From: an uncultured delta proteobacterium
Lineage (GTDB): Bacteria; Desulfobacterota; Syntrophobacteria; Syntrophobacterales; Syntrophobacteraceae
Assembly (NCBI GenBank): GCA_963808625.1
Contig: CAWEHK010000050.1
Span: 96,001 to 160,000 of the forward strand
Direction of reading: 5' to 3'
Length of the DNA: 64,000 bases
The first letter of the stretch is position 1. Each line of letters begins with the position of its first letter. This document shows, in pieces, positions 52,482 to 64,000 of this stretch. Below the pieces are notes generated by a model. The model did no database searches. It had not been told where the DNA came from and worked only from the letters and a program-made list of their open reading frames with translations. The position numbers and the translations under genes were made by a program.

Positions 52482-53936
52482 GTGCTGGGATTTGCCTCAA
52501 AAAGTGATTTTCGGACCGTAATTGAGCAATCGTTGGCTTCAGGAGACCTGGAAACCGCTCTGCGAAATGTCGAGCAACTGGTTGAGCGGGTATTTTGCGA
52601 GCCGCTGAACACGGCCGTGATCTTTGGCGATCGCTTCCTCGATGAGGTGTGCCAGCGTATAGGCCGGATCCGTCGGGCGACCGTGTTGAGCGCCGGGAGT
52701 TTGCCGAAGTCCCCAGTCCCAACCCGGGAACGGCCCGGCCGGGTTGTATACATCGCGAGCATGTTACAGGCGTCGGGAGGCCACACGGCCGTTCTGGCAG
52801 ATCTTGCCAGACTCTCCGGCAGGGCGGGGACGGTTTTGGTGACGGGGATCGGCGGCCCCACCAACCGTCGCGCGATCCAGCATCGTTTCTCCGGCATTCC
52901 GGACTTGCAGTTTGAATTCGCTCCGAAAGGCGGCCGCCTGAAGAAGCTCGACTGGCTGCAGCGCCGGCTCATCGAACTCAACCCTTCGGTGGTGTGGCTC
53001 TTAAATCACCACCAGGACAGCGTAGCGGTGGCTGCGGTGCAACCTGATCAGGGGTACACACTGAACTTTCTCCATCATGGCGACCATAATTTGTGCCTGG
53101 GTGTATTCCTTGACTACGGCGAACATTTCGACCCCCATCCCATGGGGTTCCGCAACTGCCGTCATGTCCTCTCGATTCCAACGAACAACTACCTCCCGCT
53201 TGCTGTCAAGGATCTGGGATACTCCCCGAAACCGAACGCGGCCTGTCCAAACGGGCCGCTTGTGACCTGCACCGCGGCCCGGCGCAACAAGATTGAAAAG
53301 CCCTACTGGTTGAGCTACGCCGACGTCGTTCCGGAAATTTTGCGGCAGACCAAGGGCAGGCACATTCACATCGGAAAGTTGAGTCTCGGTTTCCGTTTGC
53401 GAATCTGGTGCAATTTGAAAAGAGCGGGTATCGATCCGGCCGCATTTGTCTACATTCCCTACGTCAACAGCGTTTGGCAGGCACTCCAATATCACGCGGT
53501 GGATATCTACATCGCGTCCTTTCCTTACGGTGGTGCCCGCACCCTGGTGGAAGTCCTGGGGGCAGGTGTGCCGATCGCCATCCACAGCCACAGCAGCAAA
53601 CCGTTTTTGAGTACCCTGGAGATGGCACCCGAGGGGGCCTTGATCTGGCGGGAACTCGGGGAACTGATTGAACTCCTGGGCCGGCAGTCACGCGAAGAGC
53701 TTGCCGTGCTGAGCGCCAAAGCACGCCGGCACTATGAACGATTTCACTCGGAATCGGCGTTGAAGAGCGCGCTGGAAGGGAGCTCGTCGGAACTGCCTGT
53801 TTCTCCGGGTGGAGCAGCATACCGGATTGATCGCTTGCGGCAAGCTCTTGACGTAGCCGACCAGGTTACGTTCTCCGGAGTTGTCACACGGCGAGCCCTG
53901 CGGTGGGCACGACGGCTCAAGACCATGCTGGGCTGA
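52482..53936 (+). CDS. Putative GT-B fold glycosyltransferase; start uncertain
   Basis: GGHT, HHGDH.LCLG, DIYIASFPYGGARTLVEVLGAGVPI; polysaccharide context. Confidence 0.6.
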   Translation: MLGFASKSDFRTVIEQSLASGDLETALRNVEQLVERVFCEPLNTAVIFGDRFLDEVCQRIGRIRRATVLSAGSLPKSPVPTRERPGRVVYIASMLQASGGHTAVLADLARLSGRAGTVLVTGIGGPTNRRAIQHRFSGIPDLQFEFAPKGGRLKKLDWLQRRLIELNPSVVWLLNHHQDSVAVAAVQPDQGYTLNFLHHGDHNLCLGVFLDYGEHFDPHPMGFRNCRHVLSIPTNNYLPLAVKDLGYSPKPNAACPNGPLVTCTAARRNKIEKPYWLSYADVVPEILRQTKGRHIHIGKLSLGFRLRIWCNLKRAGIDPAAFVYIPYVNSVWQALQYHAVDIYIASFPYGGARTLVEVLGAGVPIAIHSHSSKPFLSTLEMAPEGALIWRELGELIELLGRQSREELAVLSAKARRHYERFHSESALKSALEGSSSELPVSPGGAAYRIDRLRQALDVADQVTFSGVVTRRALRWARRLKTMLG

Positions 53937-54058
53937 CTCCCAGGTGTCGGCTAACCAGGCGACAGATATTTCACTTTTATCCTCTAAAGATACCGTATCA
54001 GGCGAGCACCTTCAGACGATTGCTGAGCCGGCCACCTCACAGCACACCGCATGCTCCA

Positions 54059-54772
54059 TCATAGTTGCCGTACAAATCGAGCTGGAACACCCGCAACAAG
54101 AGTCATTCGTTCAACATTTTTCGTGACGACGGACCCGGCCGCCACCGTTGCGCCCTGTCCGATAACCACACCGGGCAGGAGTGTAGCGCCTATGCCGATG
54201 ACCACGTCATCCTCGATGGTCGGGCCAACACAATGATCCGAAAATCCTTCTCTGACAAGGTTGTCGTTGGCCGTTCCAACTAAAACACTGATGAAGACGC
54301 GTCTGCCGATTTTGGCATTGCCCGTGATGTGGGTATTGTCCATAACCTTGGTCCCGTCACCAATCGTCGTGTTATAGTTGATTGTTACGTAACGGCTGAT
54401 GATGCACTTCGAGCCGACCTTGCATTTTTCCCGGATAGAGGCCCCGTCACCAAGCAGGGTATTGCTGCCTATTTCTACGTCATAGAAAACAACTGCGTGG
54501 GGGCCAATGGAACAGCCGTCTCCAATGTGGATATGTTTCTCGAAAACCGGCTGTCTTGCAAGAGCGCCCGCGCCTTTGGGCTCCTTCCCAATAAGCGCAC
54601 CGTGAAACACTTCGACGCCGACGCCGAGAGTGACGCCATCGGCAATAACAACGTGAGAATGAATCACCGTTTCGTCACCGATAGTCACACGGCCAATCAC
54701 GCAGAACGGCCCTATCGAGATATTAGCTCCGAGCTTCGCTTCAGCGGCAACAATGGCCGTAGGATGAATCAT
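54059..54772 (-). CDS. Hexapeptide-repeat N-acyltransferase (FdtC/QdtC/WbpD-like)
   Basis: MIHPTAIV, long hexapeptide repeats, IGATLLPGV.IG, AGSVVTK.V, GVPAR. Confidence 0.82.
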   Translation of the reverse strand: MIHPTAIVAAEAKLGANISIGPFCVIGRVTIGDETVIHSHVVIADGVTLGVGVEVFHGALIGKEPKGAGALARQPVFEKHIHIGDGCSIGPHAVVFYDVEIGSNTLLGDGASIREKCKVGSKCIISRYVTINYNTTIGDGTKVMDNTHITGNAKIGRRVFISVLVGTANDNLVREGFSDHCVGPTIEDDVVIGIGATLLPGVVIGQGATVAAGSVVTKNVERMTLVAGVPARFVRQL

Positions 54773-54837
54773 TCCAGAGAACCTCGCAAGGAGTTAATAA
54801 ATTAGCAAAACTAAGGGTAGAGATCCAGTATAAAACT

Positions 54838-56317
54838 CTACTGTTCAATAGCCCGAATCACATCGTCTGCGTCAACCCGAAACTCAGTATGGAGAGTAGG
54901 GGCAGCGGGATCAAGGTAAGGCCCGAAGACATAGTTCACCGTGTTGCCCAGCGCTGCCGCCATGTTCGGCCAGTACCAAAACTTGTGTGTCGGATGGGTG
55001 GAAAGGCAGATGACGACTCGAGCCGATTTCGAGCAAAACACGAGGTTTGCCAGCCCTGCACCGGTTGCACCCACGATCACCTCAGCGTTGGCGAACAGGT
55101 GGTATTGCTCGGCAAAAGAAAGGCTTTCGGGCTGGATGATCGAAAATCCACGACTCACAAGCTTAGCCTCGATTTGAGGCTCGTTTATCATGGTGCGTGT
55201 GAGGGAACCCCGCCGCAAGAAAACCCTGGTGGGCAAAGCGGGCAAGGGCTTTTCGAGAACGCTGCCCAGATGTTTGCCCATTAGGGTGAGGGCATAGGGA
55301 CTGAAAATACCGTGTGAATGGCCGGACTTAGCAGACCCGCGACAGTCGAATGGAATATAGCCCGTCGGCGAAGTGATGAGCAGGCGCTTCACGCGGGCAG
55401 CCTCCTCCGGGCCCAACCTGATGATGTCAGCCTTATCGCCCGCCACGGCCCGAAGTGATTCCTCCAGGTTGGCATGCAATCCGGCATCCACAATCAAGGG
55501 GATACGGCCTTCGGGGTGAAGTGCGACAGAACAGATTGATCCGGGGCAACACCTCGGTCAGCCAATGGGCATAATTTCGGGAACAGGAATCCGTGAAGCT
55601 GGCAGCAACTGCGAGATGGTGTCGGATCTCAGGCTTCAGATATTGTTTGACAACGTTTTTCCGGGGATCGATGTGGATCTTTTCGTGCAACTCCTCGGAC
55701 GTGAAATCGTGCGAGAATCGGTACAGGTCATGGTGAACCGTCCGGCCATTCGAGCGCACCAGGTTGCTGCAGCCGTACACTTCTGCATCAAACAGTTCCG
55801 CAACGACAATCGACGGGAACTCGTAGGATTCGTGGTTGGGCAGCAGGACGTACCTCGATTCGGCAGGGTAGACTCCCGGGGCGGGCGTCGCCACTCGCTC
55901 GGGCGCACTCAGGGTTTCGATCTTGCCGGATTTTGAAGCCGCCGCCGTCAATGAGAGCAACGGCACGCTCGGTTCGCGCCAGCGCCGCCATTTGACCTTA
56001 AGCGCTTGCACGGCTGGTCGCACGATCTTCCAGCGGGTAAACCAAACTGCCGTCCAGACGGCTACTGCGGCCGGTCGGAGGATCTTCCAGCGCATAAACC
56101 AAAATACCGTCCAGACGGCTACTGTGGCCGGTCGGAGGATCTTCCAGCGCATAAACCAAAATACCGTCCAGACGGCTACTGTGGCCGGTCGGAGGATCTT
56201 CCACCGGGTAAACCATAGTGCTTTCCAGATCGCGTCTTTCGGTATGCGAATCACCCGGTAGTGGCGCATTCGGGATCGATAAAACTCGGCCAGAGTGGGA
56301 AATCTTTGTTCGAACAT
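54838..56317 (-). CDS. GT61/DUF563-family glycosyltransferase (copy 2), frameshift near 55510
   Basis: Collinear with copy 1 from MFEQRFP.LAEFYRSR to FRVD.D.V.RA.EQ*. Confidence 0.8.
56021..56215. repeat. In-frame 57-bp tandem repeat, about 3.5 copies, in GT61 copy 2
   Basis: cgtccagacg recurs at 56051, 56108 and 56165; encodes WFMRWKILRPATVAVWTVF. Confidence 0.93.
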
Positions 56318-56492
56318 GGGCGTCAGCCTCCTACGGCCGAACCGGATGCCGGATAGTTCGCAAGATCAACATCGGTGGGGCCATTTTTTCACAAAACTTG
56401 ACGATTGGTAAAGGGGAACAGCAGGCGAGGTCAGCAATGGCTCTTTTCATGCCCACCGAATCGAGGCAAAACAACTGAAAAACCCCATGCGG

Positions 56493-57456
56493 TTACAATC
56501 TCTTGAGGAGCGCCGCCGCAAACAGTCCGATGTTCCCTAACGCGGTCTGACGGTAGATTTGTGAGCGTTTGATGCCGATAAGTCGAGGAAGCAGCGGCTG
56601 ATTCCTGGCGTTGGAGAACTCATCCAGGATGCGCTTATTTGCGGGCAGCAGGCGCCGGCGGATCCGCCGCAAAGCCTGGATATTATGATCATTCCATCCT
56701 CTGAATTGATTGTCGAGCAGCATGCCTGCGCGCATCAAGCGGCCCGACCAACCGAGATTCGATCCCAGCAGGTTGCGGCCATGTTGGCGATAGCGCATGG
56801 TGGGGAGGGGATCGTAGAACACCTTTCCACCGCAACCTGTTACAACGATATAGGTCCACCAATCATGGGTCACGACATCGACATCGGCACCGCTTTCGCC
56901 GCAGGAGATTGCGGGCCGCGTTGTTGAAGACCATCGTATTACCGCCGGCGATGTTCTGGACCAGGGCGTTGGCAAAACAGGGAGGCCGGGCATGAAGCTC
57001 TGACAAGCCCATTTCCTTTCCGGCCGCATCCACCAGCATAGTTCGCGAGCAATACAGGGCAGGTTCTGAAGGTGGCATGCGCTCCAGCCAACTGACCGCT
57101 CGCGACAACTTGTCCGGTTCCCAGATGTCGTCCTGGTCGGAGTACGCATAGTAATCAGCCTGGATGCCGGATTTGCAGGCCAGGGAAAGGAAATTTGTGG
57201 CGAGGCCCCTGGCCGGGCCGCGCAGGACCGTAAGACGCTCGCCCCCCCACTTCGCCCGATACGCTTCGAGAATGGCAAGGGTATTATCTTTCGAGCCGTC
57301 ATCCGAGGCCCACAGTTCCCAGTCCGGATGCGTCTGTGCGGCTAACGAGTCAAGCTGTTCGGCAAGAAAACGCTCACCATTAAAGGTGCCCATCAACACC
57401 GCGACTTTGGCCGTACCACAGCTCTGTGCCAAGCCCGCGCGTGCAGCGACTCGCAT
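56493..57456 (-). CDS. GT2 glycosyltransferase (rhamnosyltransferase-like), frameshift near 56900; start uncertain
   Basis: VLMGTFNGERFL.EQLDS, SDDGSKD, SDQDDIW, QN.AGGNTM, HDWW, YRQH..N..G. Confidence 0.82.
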
Positions 57457-57680
57457 CAAGGCATCGTCCGTACCCTGGCCCGCGTGCCGGGTAAACCCGT
57501 CAACCATCCCGTCCAACTCCCGAGACCCACTGCGAATGCTGCGGAAAAAATTGGTGACCATGCTGAAAACGACCTGCTACTCCCGAAGATTTCAAGTTAA
57601 CAGGGCCACTACACGAGGCCACTCAAAAAGTCAAGAGGAAGCGATGCCTATTTTACCGATTCGCTGGATTGTTGAGGCTT

Positions 57681-58872
57681 TTAGTACCATCCTCGAAGGG
57701 ATTGGTTAGACAGCTGCGCAATCAGGCGTAACTCATCCTTTTCTAAATAAGGATGCATAGGCAGGCTGAAGATCCTCTGAGCACAGTCTTCGCTGACCGG
57801 GAAATCCCCTGTCTGGTAGCCAAGGCTGCGAAAGGCCGTCTGCCGATGCAGGGGCTTTGGATAGTAGATGGCCGTCGGTATCCCGGCCGCCTTCAACCGG
57901 TTCTGGAGCATCGTGCGGTGCGCCTCGTCCCGGGCCAGCAGGGAATATTGGGCCCATGCCGACCGATATCCGTCCGGTACGTGGGGTAGGGTGAGAGACG
58001 AACCGAGGAGCAATTCCGTGTAGCACCGGGCAACCTGCTGCCGCAGTGTGATTTCTTCCGGAAAGACCTCGAACTTGGCAAGTAGAATCGCCGCCTGCAA
58101 GGTATCCAGGCGGCCATTGATGCCGATGCGCACATTCTCGTACTTGTCGTTTCCCTGCCCATGCTGAGCAAGGGACCGCATGAGGTTGGCGAGGGTGCCG
58201 TCATCGGTAAAGCACATCCCGCCATCACCATAACCGCCGAGCGGTTTTGCCGGGAAAAACGAGGTGCAGCCAATCTCGGCAAGTGCTCCGGCGCTTCCTC
58301 CTCCCCGCATTTCGCCGCCAAAGGATTGGGCTGCATCTTCAATGACAAAAAGCCCATGCTTTCGGGCTACGGGATTGATTTGTTCGTAGTTGGCAGGCAG
58401 GCCAAAAAGGTCTACGGCAATGACACCCTTTGCCTTCAGGCGGGGACTTCCTCTGCGACCGGGAATCTCCCCCCGGCAGAGGATGCAGCGTGGGATTATT
58501 GGCCTGAAGTGCGGTAATCGCCTGCTCCAGGGCCTCCGCGCTGAGGTTATAGGTCCGCGGGTCGATGTCCGCGAAGACCGGGGTGGCGCCAAGGAGACTG
58601 ATTACTTCCGCGGTGGCAACGAAGGTGAAAGGAGTGGTGAAAATGGCATCACCGGGACCCACTCCATACGCCATCAAAGCCAGGAGCAAAGCATCCGTCC
58701 CCGAACTGCAGGCGACGGCATGGGTCACCCCGACATAAGCAGCAAGGCGCTCCTCGAGCTCTCTTACCTCAGGTCCCAGGATGTATTGGCCGTGGGCGAG
58801 GACGGTCCTGATCCCTGCCTCAATCCGGTCGCGGATGCGTTGCTGTTGGCGGCCCAAGTCGATAAATTGCAT
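57681..58872 (-). CDS. DegT/DnrJ aminotransferase (WbpE-like), frameshift near a homopolymer at about 58470
   Basis: MQFIDL, YILGPEV, SSGTDAL, VDLFGLPA, EDAAQSFG, TSFFPAKPLGGYGDGG, NGRLDTLQAA. Confidence 0.85.
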
Positions 58873-58919
58873 CGGTTCAGCGCTTCTCCGGTTTTGAGAA
58901 TTCCTGCCAGATCGATTTG

Positions 58920-59003
58920 CTTCGTGTCCTTCGTGTCCTTCGTGTCCTTCGTGGTGTGAAATAAGTTCAACATGAAAGCAAGTTATTTTTGTACAGACCC
59001 TTA
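58920..59003. repeat. Partial copy of the 9-mer element at 50532-50661
   Basis: cttcgtgtc x3 plus cttcgtggt, then gcaagttatttttgtacagaccctta resembling gcaagttgtttttggacaggttcta. Confidence 0.75.
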
Positions 59004-59038
59004 GTACTACAACGAGGTTTCCGCAGGGGGCCTTAATC

Positions 59039-59106
59039 TGTGGGGCAGGCTTTCCAGCCTGCCTTTTGGCCGCTTCGGCATGGCAGGCTGGAAAGCCTGC
59101 CCCACA
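59039..59106. repeat. REP doublet, perfect 25-bp inverted repeat
   Basis: tgtggggcaggctttccagcctgcc (59039-59063) / ggcaggctggaaagcctgccccaca (59082-59106), just downstream of ettA. Confidence 0.88.
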
Positions 59107-59140
59107 CGGATTGGAGTTTCACCAAAGTACCGTTGTAGTA

Positions 59141-60827
<1,687 letters not shown>

Positions 60828-60853
60828 GAATTCTGAAACCCTCCCTCGACGGC

Positions 60854-60888
60854 TGGTCAGTGGTCAATGATCAGTGGTCAGTGATCAG
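60854..60888. repeat. Heptamer array, unit TGGTCAG/TGATCAG (CTGACCA on the ettA coding strand)
   Basis: Five units just upstream of the ettA RBS; same family as 2996-3115 when read on the minus strand. Confidence 0.8.
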
Positions 60889-61032
60889 ACCTTCGAAAGT
60901 AGTTCCTTATCACCTCACCTATCACCCTGTCAAAGAAGTTGGAAGTGGGGGGGTGAGGGTGTAATCAGAAGTGGGAGTTCGCCGTGGCCTCATGTGACCA
61001 TTACCTGATTGCGAATGAGCCTGCATGGTTTC

Positions 61033-61261
61033 GGTGGGTGCAAAAAGACGCGCCCACCCTACGGAGCCTGTCTGAAAATGACATGCAACTGGTCAGTCCA
61101 TCTGTAGGAGCGGCATCCTGCCGCGATTTAGTCCGGTCGCGGCTGGAAGCCGACTCCTACAAGGTTTGATCGCCACCGCCCCATAACCTTCGACCAATTT
61201 TCAGACAGCCTCCTACGCCGTGGCCCAATTGTAGGGTGGGCACAGCTTTACCGTGCCCACC
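61033..61261. mobile_element. Nested non-autonomous element: 151-bp MITE with internal REP doublet, inserted between two GTAG-type REPs
   Basis: TIRs ggagcctgtctgaaaat (61063-61079) / attttcagacagcctcc (61197-61213), 16/17; TAC on both sides; inner REP pair 61103-61161; outer REPs 61033-61062 and 61231-61261. Confidence 0.75.
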
Positions 61262-61395
61262 AGGACAGAAGACCCTGCCTTTCAGTAGTTTCCAACTCCC
61301 ACTTCTGTTCACACCCGGGGGGTGAGAGGAGATTGCCGAGAGGCGTTGCATTTTGTACAATATTCCTTGAACACCTGACGCAAAGGGGAATTGAA

Positions 61396-61911
61396 ATGAA
61401 GAAGACCATATGTATTGCCATGGCCATCATGGTGCTGCTCCTCGTGAGCCCCTTCGCCGGGGACGCGACCGGGCCATACCCCGGGCGAGGACCGGGAGGT
61501 GGCCCGGGATGGGGTCCGCGTGCGGGTCCCGGATGGGGCGGTCACGGGGGAGGACCACGTGTCGGGTCGGGATGGGGAGGCTATTGGGGAGGACCGCGCG
61601 TCGGACCGGGATGGGGCCCGAGGTGGGGAGGCTACTGGGGGGGGCCGCGCGTTTACTTTGGTGCTCCTTTTTGGAGCGGTCTTTACCTGGGCGCTCCCTT
61701 CTGGGGCGGCTTCTATCCGTACTATGCAACGCCGCCCGTGATCGTCCAGGAAGCGCCTCCCGTGTATGTGCAACCGGCGCCGCAACCCGAGCAGGCTTAT
61801 TACTGGTATTACTGCCAGAACCCTCCGGGTTATTACCCGTATGTCAAAGAGTGTCCGCAGGGCTGGACGAAGGTTGCTCCTTCTCCACCGCCCTCGGACC
61901 GACAGGAGTGA
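61396..61911 (+). CDS. Secreted Gly/Pro/Trp/Tyr-rich hypothetical protein
   Basis: Signal peptide MKKTICIA.., GGPRVG.GWG repeats, C-terminal WYYC..P.GYYPYV..CP.GW. Confidence 0.75.
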   Translation: MKKTICIAMAIMVLLLVSPFAGDATGPYPGRGPGGGPGWGPRAGPGWGGHGGGPRVGSGWGGYWGGPRVGPGWGPRWGGYWGGPRVYFGAPFWSGLYLGAPFWGGFYPYYATPPVIVQEAPPVYVQPAPQPEQAYYWYYCQNPPGYYPYVKECPQGWTKVAPSPPPSDRQE

Positions 61912-61918
61912 TGGTGCG

Positions 61919-62422
61919 ATGAATTACCGACAATGCTTTTTCGTCTCTCTGATGTTGCTGGTGTTGAGCGGGTGCGCGACGCTCCCCACCGGTCCAAGCG
62001 TGATGGTGCTGCCCGCTCCGGGGAAGCCCTTCGACGTGTTTCGGTCCGAGGATGCCACATGCAGGATGTATGCGAGCCAGCAGATAGGGATGTCACCACA
62101 GGAGACGGTCAACCGGAACACGGTCACCGATGCTGCTCTGGGGACGGTCCTCGGCGCAGGTCTTGGTGCAGCCATCGGGGCAATCTCGGGCAATGCCGGT
62201 ACGGGTGCGGCTGTCGGTGCGGGCAGCGGACTCCTTGCCGGCACCCTTGCCGGCTCCAGCAGTGGTCAGGTCTACGGATGGGAGGCGCAGCACCGCTACG
62301 ACATCTCCTATCAGCAGTGCATGTACGCCCAGGGAAACCAGATTCCGGGTATGGTCGAAAGGCGTTCGAGAACTTATGCGGCACCCCCTCCCCCGCCTCC
62401 ACCGCCGTCCTCGGCATGGTAA
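61919..62422 (+). CDS. Glycine-zipper lipoprotein
   Basis: Lipobox LSGC, GAGLGAAIGA..G.GAAVGAGSG, Y.QCMYA.GNQ.P, poly-Pro tail. Confidence 0.8.
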   Translation: MNYRQCFFVSLMLLVLSGCATLPTGPSVMVLPAPGKPFDVFRSEDATCRMYASQQIGMSPQETVNRNTVTDAALGTVLGAGLGAAIGAISGNAGTGAAVGAGSGLLAGTLAGSSSGQVYGWEAQHRYDISYQQCMYAQGNQIPGMVERRSRTYAAPPPPPPPPSSAW

Positions 62423-62568
62423 CCCGCCATGCGACCAGTTGCCGCAACGGAGGGCGGGTTTTCCAACCCGCCCTTGAAATTCGCGGCAGGCCAACCATGC
62501 CCGCGATGGGTTGTGTCTGCGGACCTTGGAACCTGACGAGGACTGTCCATATGGTCCTGACTGCATAG

Positions 62569-62753
62569 CGAATATCGAATATCGAACAAGGAACCGCAGA
62601 ACATCGAAGGATGGGGGAATCTTGTGCGTGGTGAGCGGCTGTTTAAATGAAAACTGGCAATGCTTACCCGTTTTTGGCAGGCATTAACGAAACCGAGCTA
62701 AATCAGGAGAGCACTTCATCATTCGACATTCCTTGTTCGTTATTCGATACTCG
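62569..62753. repeat. Paired inverted heptamer-based arms enclosing 135 nt
   Basis: cgaatatcgaatatcgaacaaggaa (62569-62593) vs ttccttgttcgttattcgatactcg (62729-62753), 23/25 complementary. Confidence 0.82.
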
Positions 62754-62785
62754 CTTTTTCGCTGATTTTGAGTGAACCAATCCAA

Positions 62786-64000
62786 ATGGGCATCGCATCC
62801 GATATCATCATCATCGTCGTCGCCGCGCTCATCGGGGGCATTCTGGCCCATGGACTGAGGCAGCCCCTGGTTCTCGGCTACATCCTTGCAGGGGTTCTTG
62901 TTGGTCCCTATACCGGCGGGGTCACGGTATCGGAAGTTCACGAATCGAACTGCTCGCTGAAATCGGCGTCGCCCTTCTGCTCTTCGCCCTCGGGCTCGAA
63001 TTTTCCCTCAAGAAACTAAAACCGGTCCGCACCATTGCCCTCGTCGGCACCCCCATCCAGATACTCCTCACCATGGCTTACGGCTACGTCATCGGCCAGG
63101 GGCTGGGCTGGGAATGGCTCCCTTCGGTGTGGCTGGGCGCCCTCGTCTCGCTCTCGAGCACCATGGTCATTTTGAAGACCCTCATGAATCAGGGCCTTCT
63201 CGGCACCCTCTCGAGCCGGGTGATGATCGGCATGCTCATTGTTCAGGACCTGGCCGTGGTCCCGCTCATGATCATTCTGCCCCAACTGAGCAACCCCACC
63301 GTCGGGCTTCCGATTTTGGGACTGGCGGCTTTGAAAGCGGTCCTCTTTCTTGCCCTGATGATCCTCCTCGGCACGCGCCTGCTGCCTTGGGTAATGACCC
63401 GCATCGCCCGCTGGAACTCGCGGGAGCTGTTTCTCCTGGCGATTACGGCCATCGGTCTCGGGATCGGCTATGCCACCCACCTCTCGGGGCTCTCCTTTGC
63501 ACTCGGGGCATTCGTCACCGGCATGGTCCTGAGTGAATCGGATTACAGCCACCAGGCCCTCAATGATATTATTCCGTTGCGGGACCTTTTCGGGCTGCTT
63601 TTCTTCACCTCGGTAGGAATGCTGCTGGACCCGTGGTTTTTGTTGTCCCACTGGCACACCATCCTGTTGCTGGTAATCCTGGTAGGGTTGGGCAAAGGGT
63701 TGCTCTTTGCCGCGCTGGCTCGCCTCTTCCGATACGGCAACGTCGTTCCCCTTGCCGTTGGCTTGGGGCTCTTTCAAGTCGGAGAGTTTTCGTTCGTGCT
63801 GGCGCGAACGGGGCTTTCGAGCGGGTCGATCTCAAAGGAAATCTACGCCCTGGTGCTCAGTACGGCCATCATCAGCATGATGCTGACGCCCTTTGTCTCC
63901 GGTCTCACCGGCCCCTCTATGCCCTGCGCAAGCGCTGGTTCCGGCACGAACCCCTGCAGACCATCAATCTCCCCGCAGCGGGACTGCGCGAGCACGTGGT
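62786..64000 (+). CDS. CPA2 cation:proton antiporter (KefB/YbaL-like), frameshifts near 62945, 63790 and 63915; runs off the window
   Basis: [78 protein letters not shown]. Confidence 0.85.

Noticed and set aside
56021..56215. CRISPR array (also considered for the heptamer and 9-mer arrays)
   Set aside because: No unique spacers, the 57-bp repeat is in-frame coding sequence, and there are no cas genes
47489..56317. GT61 pair as a diversity-generating retroelement template/variable repeat
   Set aside because: Whole-gene paralogy, differences not adenine-specific, no reverse transcriptase in the window

Overview
A 64-kb window from a GC-rich bacterium, probably Desulfobacterota/Deltaproteobacteria (inferred from gene content only). 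0.3-7.9 kb: Liv-type ABC transporter genes, a tungsten aldehyde:ferredoxin oxidoreductase, a phenylacetate-CoA ligase-family gene and a LivK-type binding protein. 8-16.4 kb: lipid A/LPS-core operon (waaF, an ICMT-family membrane methyltransferase, msbA, an LpxL-family acyltransferase, an O-antigen ligase-family gene, GT9 and GT2s). 16.7-58.9 kb: a large mosaic surface-polysaccharide locus with a polyprenol-linked glycosylation cassette, a WcaJ-type initiator, many glycosyltransferases, wecB, wzm/wzt, FdtA/B-type amino-sugar genes, two inverted GT61 paralogues, a cryptic radical SAM domain, and one intact IS with 20-bp TIRs and a 7-bp target duplication. 59-64 kb: ettA, a Gly/Pro-rich protein plus glycine-zipper lipoprotein pair, and a truncated CPA2 antiporter. 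About 20 genes, including housekeeping ones, carry single-base frameshifts, most likely uncorrected long-read errors; I joined fragments by homology, so those boundaries are approximate. The most unusual non-coding signal is a set of period-7 intergenic repeat arrays from several sequence families that follow a stop-side/start-side orientation rule, together with nested MITE/REP elements. No rRNA, tRNA or CRISPR array was recognised.
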